Source of the DNA: an uncultured Pelagibacteraceae bacterium
GTDB lineage: Bacteria; Pseudomonadota; Alphaproteobacteria; Pelagibacterales; AG-422-B15
Length of the DNA stretch: 64,000 nt
Direction: 5' to 3'
NCBI GenBank assembly: GCA_902525575.1
Contig: CABZHU010000001.1
Coordinates: forward strand, 51,376-115,375
Part shown: positions 49,301 to 57,700 of the stretch, in pieces
Layout of the letters: each line of letters begins with the position of its first letter
How positions within the stretch are numbered: the stretch's first letter is position 1
Made by a program: the position numbers and the translations under genes
The notes under the pieces: model-generated
Told to the model about the DNA's origin: nothing
The model's input: the letters and a program-made list of their open reading frames with translations, nothing else
Database searches by the model: none

Positions 49301-50620
49301 TTAGCAATCAATAATATTTTTTCTTTCCCAATCTTTTTTGTTTTCATCATTAACTTTATTGTGTTCTGCAATCTCTCTTTTTTTAAGTTTTACGTATTGA
49401 GAGACAACTTTTGAACCTATAGATTTTTTTACAATTTCACTGGCTTTAAATTTATCTAGTGACTCTGTAAGAGACTGAGGCAGCTTTTTGATTCTTTTTA
49501 ATTTGTGACCTTGTGAATACATATTCACATCAATTCTCTTGCCTGGACTTCTCTTATTTTTTATTCCTTCTAATCCCATTGCTATTAATCCAGCTTGTAG
49601 AAGATACGGATTAACTGCGCCATCAGCGGGTCTGAATTCTATTCGCCCTGCATCTGGTATTCTGATCATGTGTGTTCGATTGTTACCTGAGTACGTTACA
49701 GCAGTAGGTGAATACGTTGATCCTGAATTTGTTATTCTCGCATTCAAACGATCATAACTATTTAATGAAGGGTTAAACCATGCAGAAAAAGAGTCCACGC
49801 ATTTTATAATGCCACCAATAAAGTGGTAGCCCATTTTGGATAAGCCAAGATCATTATCCTGATCAAGAAAATAGTTTTTCTTTTTTTTTAAATCCCATAG
49901 AGATACGTGAGCATGGCAACCATTACCCGTCAGATCATCAAATGGCTTGGGCATAAAAGTTGCTCGTAATCCGTGTTTCTCAGCAATAGATTTCACCATA
50001 AACTTAAAAAAGACATGTCTGTCTGCAGTCGTAAGTGAATCAGTGTAATCCCAATTCATTTCATATTGACCATTAGCATCCTCATGATCGTTTTGATAGG
50101 GCTTCCACCCAAGCTTGATCATGGAGTCACAAATTTCCTTTAAAATATCATAGCGCCTCATCAATGCTGCAACATCATAACAAGGCTTTGGTGCATCATC
50201 CCTAGAGTCAGCAACTTCAGTCCCTTCTTCATTGAGTATAAAAAATTCACATTCCACACCAGTCATCATTTTAAAATTAAGGTCTGTCATGTGGTTAATT
50301 TGTTTTTTGAGTATGACACGTGGGCACTGATCCATCGGCCCATTGTTAATCACCAGATCACTGGCCAACCAACCAACATCAGGTTGCCATGGCAATTGTA
50401 TGAGACTTTCAGGGTCTGGGACAGCAAACATATCTGGGGCTGCAAAATCAAGGTCTAGGTAAGTAGCAAAACCGCCAAACCCAGCACCGGTTTTTTGCAT
50501 TTCAGAAATTGCGCGGGCTGGCACTAATTTCGCGCGTTGGATGCCGAACAAATCAACAAAGCTAATTAAGAAGTATTTGATTTTCTTTCGCTGAGCGATC
50601 TTAGCTAAATTGCTTTTCAT
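49301..50620 (-). CDS. Glutamine synthetase-family gamma-glutamyl-amine ligase (PuuA/GmaS-like)
   Basis: 439 aa. Motifs GVECEFF, ATFMPKPF..GNGCHAHVSLW and NSYDRL are the GS catalytic blocks. Substrate cannot be told from sequence by eye. Confidence 0.8.
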   Translation of the reverse strand: MKSNLAKIAQRKKIKYFLISFVDLFGIQRAKLVPARAISEMQKTGAGFGGFATYLDLDFAAPDMFAVPDPESLIQLPWQPDVGWLASDLVINNGPMDQCPRVILKKQINHMTDLNFKMMTGVECEFFILNEEGTEVADSRDDAPKPCYDVAALMRRYDILKEICDSMIKLGWKPYQNDHEDANGQYEMNWDYTDSLTTADRHVFFKFMVKSIAEKHGLRATFMPKPFDDLTGNGCHAHVSLWDLKKKKNYFLDQDNDLGLSKMGYHFIGGIIKCVDSFSAWFNPSLNSYDRLNARITNSGSTYSPTAVTYSGNNRTHMIRIPDAGRIEFRPADGAVNPYLLQAGLIAMGLEGIKNKRSPGKRIDVNMYSQGHKLKRIKKLPQSLTESLDKFKASEIVKKSIGSKVVSQYVKLKKREIAEHNKVNDENKKDWERKNIIDC

Positions 50621-50690
50621 GATTAGAATTATGACTTTTCAAATATTAAATTCAATAATGAATTATAATGTATATTTATGTTACGAAAAA

Positions 50691-50701
50691 CCCAATTTGG
50701 G
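50691..50701. promoter_or_regulatory. Inverted repeat CCCAATTTGGG, 15 nt upstream of the tandem-wHTH gene
   Basis: Seen directly. Pattern CCCAA-NN-TGGG, shared with 54624..54634. Confidence 0.25.
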
Positions 50702-50715
50702 CATACTATTAAATC

Positions 50716-51780
50716 ATGGATCCAAACCTAGATGCAAAAAAAGAAAAAGTTATCAATCTCATTAATAATCTAGATGATGGTAATTTTGCATTGTTGTTGC
50801 TAATTCACATCTCCAGGTATCAAAATTTATTTTTACATACAGAGCCTGATTGGGAAAACAGCCCAACCAATTGGTTAACAAAAAACAGACGACTGCAAGA
50901 TGAGTCTATCGGAGTTCTATCGTTCATCATTCTTTTTTCTCTTACCAATGCGCATGTGAATGAAGACCTTTTTCCTGAATTTAGAAAGCAAATCAAGGCA
51001 ATGCATCTTGATGACTTTTTGGATAATAATTTTTTTACTGGCCCATTTAATAAGTTTATTGAAAAAAAAATATCTCTAAAAGTTCTTGAAGCATTTTTTT
51101 CTATACCTCGTGAAAATATAAGACGATACCTAAAGTCTTTAATAGAGGCTGGATTTGTTAATAAAGATAAAAAGTATGGTTACCTTGTAAACATGGAGGC
51201 GTATGTTCAATATATATTTACTGATTCTCTTGGTAAAATTATGAAGTCGCTCATGAGAACATTCGATGACATTCTCTTAAATCTTGAAGACAAGTATCAA
51301 TGTAAATTAAATGTAAAACCCATCTCAACGATAAATTTAAAGACAGTAAAACCAGAAATCTGGAATCGAATTAGATTGCCCATGTATCTCTTTTGGGTAA
51401 GAGTTTTAACGCTAGAAGGTAATGATCCAACCTTAAGTCCTAATGATCGCGTTGTCTTGTCTGCATCGATCTATTTTAGGAAACACACTGGAATTTTAAA
51501 TTTCAATGATGTTGCAGAGCTATATGAAAATGGTTATCTCTTGCCGACAAATATTTCATCAATTTCTGAAGCTTCTAAAATGCCACGAGAAACTGTGAGG
51601 AGGTGTAGTAATAAATTAATAAAGATTGGACATTTAGAAAAAAGAGGACGTCAATTGTTTAGGATTAATTACGCTCGCAAAGATGGAGAGATAGCAACTT
51701 TTATCAAGAACAAAGCAGTAACAACACGTGATATGATGAATTTTTACTTTAGTATTTATGATGATCTAGCTCAGTCTTAA
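50716..51780 (+). CDS. Predicted DNA-binding protein with two winged-helix-like repeats
   Basis: 354 aa with an internal duplication. IPRENIRRYLKSLIEAGFVNKDKKYGYLV (about 51103-51190) and MPRETVRRCSNKLIKIGHLEKRGRQLFRI (about 51577-51665) both look like MarR/Crp-type recognition helix plus wing. Confidence 0.45.
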   Translation: MDPNLDAKKEKVINLINNLDDGNFALLLLIHISRYQNLFLHTEPDWENSPTNWLTKNRRLQDESIGVLSFIILFSLTNAHVNEDLFPEFRKQIKAMHLDDFLDNNFFTGPFNKFIEKKISLKVLEAFFSIPRENIRRYLKSLIEAGFVNKDKKYGYLVNMEAYVQYIFTDSLGKIMKSLMRTFDDILLNLEDKYQCKLNVKPISTINLKTVKPEIWNRIRLPMYLFWVRVLTLEGNDPTLSPNDRVVLSASIYFRKHTGILNFNDVAELYENGYLLPTNISSISEASKMPRETVRRCSNKLIKIGHLEKRGRQLFRINYARKDGEIATFIKNKAVTTRDMMNFYFSIYDDLAQS

Positions 51781-54548
51781 ATTGAGCACATTAATATAAT
51801 TTCTTCATTACATACTAGTTCAGCTTCAACAATGGAGCTATTTTGGGAACTTAATTGTGTATCGAGAGCTTCCAGCATAGACTTTGCTTCACCCGTTGGT
51901 ACTGGACCTACAATGACGGAATAGTCATTTTTGTCAAATTTATCGACATTGATGTCATATTTAAGGAATCTGCTGTCAAATCCCATTACATCATAAATGT
52001 AATTCATAAAACTGAATGCAGAATTACCACGCGTATAAGATCCGATTTTTATATAAACAAATTCAGCATCGCTGGTATCAATTATTAATTCAGTCTCTTC
52101 AATATCACTTGCTTGGGCACTAAAAGCATTTGATGCTACTTCCATTGGTTCTTCAATGAGTTGAGTTAAATCTTCTAACGCTTGAGATGCCTCTTCAGCT
52201 AATTTATTCTCTAATTCAGCAGTATTGTTCAATTCTGTAAGTAAATCTCTTGCAGTAGTTGCTTCTTCTACGAGGCTATTCTCATCAACTGTATTTAAGA
52301 TTTTCTTTTTTGGTAATATACCAACAGGATCTAAAGTTTCTTCACTATTGTCAACTGACACTTCGTCATCAAGTATTATTGGTTCACTCACTTGATTTTC
52401 TATTGCATTAATATCTGTAATGGCTTCTTCATTTTCAACTGAAGCATCATCTAGTATAGTTTGAGCTTTTTGAAGAGTGTTATCAACAGAGTCTAATAAA
52501 TCATTAAGACTATCAGCATCATTAATGATCATTTCATTCGAAATAGCAAATTCGTCTAAATCTATTTTTTGCTCATCATTAATTTCTAAATTTTCAGGAA
52601 TTTCTTCATTTGACTCTACGACTTCTCCATTAGATTCAACGTCATTTTCTACCGCGAGGTTGATAGCTTCTTTTCTATCTAAACCCAACTGGATAAGTTT
52701 TTGCCTTGCACCTTCGGCTTCTTGAGCGAGAAATTCACCCTCATCCATAAACTGAAGCGTGAATGTATCTTCAACAGAGACCAGCGCATTCGCAACTGAG
52801 ACTTTTAACTTTATCCCCGATACGTCATTGGGAGGATTGCCCACAAATGATAAATCAGACGTTAAAAAAGCAAGCCATCTGGGCAGAGGAGTCCCATCTT
52901 CTTGCATTGCTTGATAGCGTATTTTACCTGGCCCACTAATATTAAAAGTATTGTCAGAAATTTGAAATTTATTACTCGTTTGCTGCGTATTTATTGGATC
53001 ATTTATAATCAGAAGCATGGGACCTTGTTCGCTGATGGGAACATCTACTACTGCTTGATAAACTTCTCCCCACTCAGATAGATTGGTTTCAATATTTTTG
53101 CTCACATCGTCGATAGATAAATTTTGATGATTATCAGGAAGAATATCTTTTCCTATTGATGCGTAAATTTGACCGATACTGTGCTGCATTTCGGAAAATG
53201 CTAGATCTCGTCTGAGTTCTGCAACGAGTAAACTCGCTTCTTCCCGAATGACTTCAAGTTCGCCAAATCGAGAGACTTTTTGGGCATTTTGAACTTGTTT
53301 ACTGATCCTTTGTGCAACATCTAAGTATCTTTGTGCTGTATCATATTCTTCAATCGCGAGGGCATAATTCATATTTGAAAGATGAACTTGAGACAGTACT
53401 GTCATAGCTATCGCAAGGTGACGTTCTGCAATTAAATCTTTACTGGCTTTAGATGATTTTTTTACAGCCCCTAATGAAAACACGTTAAAAAGGTTAGCTC
53501 CAATGGATGCGCCGTATTCTGTTGAGTCTTGGTTCAACAAATATTGATTGCTTGAATAACCGTAAGTCGCATTAAATTTTATACTTGGAATCAGGCCTAA
53601 AATGGCGGCTCTTGTATCCTTGCCAGTAATCCTTTTTTGATATCGGCTTTCCATGAGTTCAGGTCTTGAGACAAGTGCAATTTCTTCCATCTTTTCAATG
53701 TTCATATTTATATTGGTCAGGTAACTGTCATCACTTGATAAGCTAAACTTTTGACCAGGCAGTAATCCCATGAGTATTGCAAGTTCATTTTTGGAATTGA
53801 TCAATGCACGTTGCTGCGTTTGTAGTGTTCTCTGTACATCAAGTAATTCTTTTTGATAAAGCAAAGAGTCCATAGGTGCAGATATAAGAAGTTCTTCAAT
53901 ATATTTTGAGTCAGCGAGAGCTTCTTCAACTCTCTCAAGAAGAGGATTCAATTTTTTTAGAAGATTTTCTGATGCTTGTGCTTTCCAATAAGCACGAATA
54001 ATATCACGAGCAATATTCTGAGTTGCTTTTCTCTCAAGCTCTTTAGCAATCAGATATCGATCTGCTTGCTGACCTGCTCTGATATAGGATAAACCAAAAT
54101 CGAGAGCATTCCATGTGAATTCAATATTTTTAGTTCTCAGTCCTCTATCACGAGAAACAGTATAACTTTGTGTTCCATCAAGATCAGGTGCAGGCTCACT
54201 ATCATTAGGAACTGTAATACTTGTTGAGGGTTGTAACTCAGTAAACTCTGAATAACCTGCATTGAGTGCAATATCAGGCAGCATATCAAATCGTTGAAGA
54301 TCATTTTGTCTTTGAGCTAATGCAGACTCCATAACACTTATTCTTAAGTCACGGTTGTTTTTAATACCAATAGCAATTGCCGTGTGCAGGTCTATGTTTT
54401 CAAGAGGTGCGTCAACTGCAAGCAATGATAGATCTTTTTGAACACTTACATTTAATTTTTCTGCATCGATAACATTCGGTGTTCGAGCGCAGGCGCTAAG
54501 TGCAATACATAGGCAAAATATAATAATTTTTGTACTAATCTTTTTCAT
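51777..54548 (-). CDS. TolC-like outer-membrane efflux lipoprotein with a 440-aa C-terminal extension (cadherin-like module, acidic linker, SPOR-like domain)
   Basis: Lipobox LSAC. Two OEP-type repeats occupy about nt 54470-53150. Next comes ...EDGTPLPRWLAF...VSGIKLKVSV..FTLQF (about 52972-52750), then a D/E/N-rich linker (about 52750-52075), then FVYIKIGSYTRGNSA....YSVIVGPVPTGEAKSMLEALD (about 52072-51860), which fits the SPOR pattern. Confidence 0.8.
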   Translation of the reverse strand: MKKISTKIIIFCLCIALSACARTPNVIDAEKLNVSVQKDLSLLAVDAPLENIDLHTAIAIGIKNNRDLRISVMESALAQRQNDLQRFDMLPDIALNAGYSEFTELQPSTSITVPNDSEPAPDLDGTQSYTVSRDRGLRTKNIEFTWNALDFGLSYIRAGQQADRYLIAKELERKATQNIARDIIRAYWKAQASENLLKKLNPLLERVEEALADSKYIEELLISAPMDSLLYQKELLDVQRTLQTQQRALINSKNELAILMGLLPGQKFSLSSDDSYLTNINMNIEKMEEIALVSRPELMESRYQKRITGKDTRAAILGLIPSIKFNATYGYSSNQYLLNQDSTEYGASIGANLFNVFSLGAVKKSSKASKDLIAERHLAIAMTVLSQVHLSNMNYALAIEEYDTAQRYLDVAQRISKQVQNAQKVSRFGELEVIREEASLLVAELRRDLAFSEMQHSIGQIYASIGKDILPDNHQNLSIDDVSKNIETNLSEWGEVYQAVVDVPISEQGPMLLIINDPINTQQTSNKFQISDNTFNISGPGKIRYQAMQEDGTPLPRWLAFLTSDLSFVGNPPNDVSGIKLKVSVANALVSVEDTFTLQFMDEGEFLAQEAEGARQKLIQLGLDRKEAINLAVENDVESNGEVVESNEEIPENLEINDEQKIDLDEFAISNEMIINDADSLNDLLDSVDNTLQKAQTILDDASVENEEAITDINAIENQVSEPIILDDEVSVDNSEETLDPVGILPKKKILNTVDENSLVEEATTARDLLTELNNTAELENKLAEEASQALEDLTQLIEEPMEVASNAFSAQASDIEETELIIDTSDAEFVYIKIGSYTRGNSAFSFMNYIYDVMGFDSRFLKYDINVDKFDKNDYSVIVGPVPTGEAKSMLEALDTQLSSQNSSIVEAELVCNEEIILMCSI

Positions 54549-54623
54549 TAATTAAGGATAAGCTTACTAGTATTTGTTAGTAGGGAATATAGACAAATGG
54601 CAGAAAACTTACAAAAAAATTTG

Positions 54624-54634
54624 CCCAAAATGGG
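54624..54634. promoter_or_regulatory. Inverted repeat CCCAAAATGGG in the divergent OMF / giant-protein promoter region
   Basis: Seen directly. It lies 76 nt from the OMF start and 99 nt from the giant-gene start. Confidence 0.25.
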
Positions 54635-54732
54635 TTATTTAGGCTTGTGAGAGTACCCTTACAATTTTAGTAATGTATAAAGAAAAGGCTAAATATCAAT
54701 AATTATGTTGGTTTGAAAAATTATATATAAAA

Positions 54733-57700
54733 ATGAGCAATAAACTTATTCAGGCTTTGGAACCTCGTCTTATGCTGGATGGTGCTGCAGTAGCAACGGC
54801 AATTGATGCGGTTGATGATTTAGCTCAGTTTCAAAAATCAGATAATGATAAATCATCTAAAGCTGATCACTTTAAAGTTGATAAAGATACAAAGTTACCT
54901 TTTGTAAATGTAGATGCATCATCTCAAAGTGCAAAATCAAGACAGATTATATTTATTGATAGTACAGTTGAAGATATTGAAACTCTGATTAACAGTTTTG
55001 ACAACAATACTGAAGTGCATGTCATACAAAGTGATCAAGATGGATTTGTTACCATGCAAAATATTTTATCATCTCAAGAAAATATCGATGCAGTTCACGT
55101 CATTGGTCACGGTAGTGTAGGACAGATTGCATTTGGTACAGCTGTATTGAACAGTGACACATTAAATGCTTATGAAAATATTCTCCAAGAGATTGGAGCT
55201 AGTCTTTCAGAGGACGGAGATATTTTATTTTATGGTTGTAACGTAGCTGCAGATCAAAGTGGTGAGATCTTAATCAAACAGATTGCAGACATCACGGATG
55301 CTGATGTTGCGGCATCAGATGACATTACTGGTAAAGGCGGGGATTGGGACCTTGAAAAACATACAGGAATTATTGAAACTGAAAATGTTTCAGTTGTAGG
55401 TTATCAATATGCCCTGACTAACGGCGTAACAGCAACTCAAAATGCTGTTGAAATACATAATTCAAATATGAATTTCATGGCTGGTGGTGGATCCTATAAT
55501 AATAACACTGGAGGTCAAACAGATCCAGGGGGAACCCGATACATCGTCACGCTTGAAAGAGATAATGTGACGACTGGAAGTAATTTGGTTTTTGATTACG
55601 CTGTAGCTTCATCGAGTCACGATCCAGACAATGATGGTGCTGTTAATGTTTATATGGTCTATCTCAATGACGACGTAAATAGAAGATCCTTAAACGATCG
55701 AGGTATTATAACGTTTGATAATGAAATTCTAGGTATTTTTACCACTCCAGAAAATACAATAGCAAAATCTGGATATGATATGTCCACTGGTACCTATCCT
55801 CTAACAACCGGATCTAAAAAAGTGCAGATGAGAGATTTAGAGTATCAAAATGATGGAGTACCCCCAGGTGTAATGGGATCAGGAGATGCTTTTACCGTAA
55901 CAGGTTCAAACAAAATTTTAACCATGGCTACTGATAATGGATTGAAGGGTGACTTCGTGAGGGTAGTAACAAGAGTAGCCTCTACAAATCAAGATCCTGT
56001 TGGTAATAACGACACAGGCGCTGTTAATGAAGATGCAAGTGTCTCAGTAAGTGCAGGTAGTGGTGTTTTGTCAAATGATACAGATGCTGATGGCGATACT
56101 TTAACAGTTGATGCTATTTCAGGAGGCTCTCTTGGATCAGCTCTGGATGGTAATTATGGACAACTGACTTTAAGTGGAGATGGAAGTTATACTTATAACG
56201 CAAATAAAGATCTAGCAGACCCTCTAGATCCAGGTGATACAGCAACGGACACATTTACTTATACGGTATCTGATGGAAACGGTGGAACAGATACAGCAAC
56301 GCTTACGATAACTATAACGGGAGTAAATGATCCAATAACAGCAATAAATGATACAGATGCAGTGAATGAAGATGCAACAATTAATCGAAGCACTTCAGAC
56401 TCCGAAGAACTTGATCATGACGATACTGATCCAGATGGTGATGACGTCTCTGGAAGCTTTACGATTACTGCAATTCGTACAGGCAGGGAAGGTGCAAGTG
56501 GAACCAGTGGTACGGTTGGACAGGCATTGACGGGAACGTATGGTGTGCTGACAGTTCAATCAGATGGAAGATATAGTTATGCGGCAACAACGAGTGGTGC
56601 AGATGGTTTAGCGCATGGCGTGACTGCTATAGATTATTTTACATATACAGTAAGAGATCACAGTGGTGGCGATACAGATACTGCTGAACTTGCAATTACA
56701 GTTACAGGAGTTGGACCAGTAGCAGCGAATGATACGGGTGCAGTTGACGAAAATGCTACGCTATCTAAAAACGCAGGTGCAGGCGTAATTGCAAACGATA
56801 CAAGTGGTGATACAGAAAGCCTTGCCGTTACAGCCATAAGAACTGAAGCAGAAGACTCAGGAAGTGGAACAAGTGGAACAGTGGGACAAGCCTTAACCGG
56901 TACTTATGGTGTGTTAACATTGGATGCTGATGGAAGTTACACATATATTGCCAATACTGCAGCTGCTGAAGCGTTAGATGATGGAGACAGTGTAACAGAT
57001 GTCTTTACTTATACTGTGGCAGATGATGATGATGCAAGTACAGACACGGGAACATTAACAATCACCATTACAGGAGTTGATGATGATCCGGTCGGCGTTA
57101 ACGATACTGGTGCTGTTAACGAGGATGCAACACTTGATGTTGACCAGGCAAGTAGCGGTGTTTTGTCAAATGATACTGATGCCGATACTGATGCAACTTT
57201 AACAGTTTCAGCAATTTCTGGCGGAACTGTAGGACAAGCAAAAAATGGCACATATGGTGCACTTACCTTAGCTTCTGATGGTACTTATACTTATGTAGCC
57301 AATCAAAGTGGGGCGGACGGCCTTGCTGCTGGAGCTACAGCAACAGATACATTTACTTATACCGTAAGTGATGATAACGGCGGAACCACTGATACAGCCA
57401 CTTTAACAATAACTGTTACGGGTATTGGACCTCAGGCTGTAAATGATACGGGAGCAGTTGATGAAGATGATACTCTAAATGTCAATGAAGCATCGGGCGT
57501 TATAAGTAATGATGATGATAATAGTAGTTTCGATAGTGAGAGTTTGGCAGTTACAGGAATACGAACAGGGACTGAGTCTGGAAGTGGATCTGCAGGCTCT
57601 ATTAATTCCGCACTAACAGGAATCTATGGTCAGTTAACCATTCAAGCAAACGGTAGTTATGCTTATGTTGCTAACCAAGCTGCAGCTGATGCTCTTGATC

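Noticed and set aside
54597-54650. A 17-codon ORF (MAENLQKNLPKMGYLGL) in the OMF/adhesin divergent region.
   Set aside because: It is too short to distinguish from chance, has no SD, and overlaps the more interesting inverted repeat.
54781-54792. The G-A-A-V dialanine near the N-terminus as a LapG-type cleavage site.
   Set aside because: The residue before AA is Gly rather than T/A/P, the motif is part of the generic LDGAA N-terminal signature of DUF4347 proteins, and no lapG/lapD-like genes are in the window.
55370-55381. A 12-nt match (TTATTGAAACTG) to the shared promoter-region motif.
   Set aside because: It lies inside the giant ORF (encoding I-I-E-T-E) without the flanking GGG/GC(A/G)AC parts. 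It is treated as chance and noted as a caveat.
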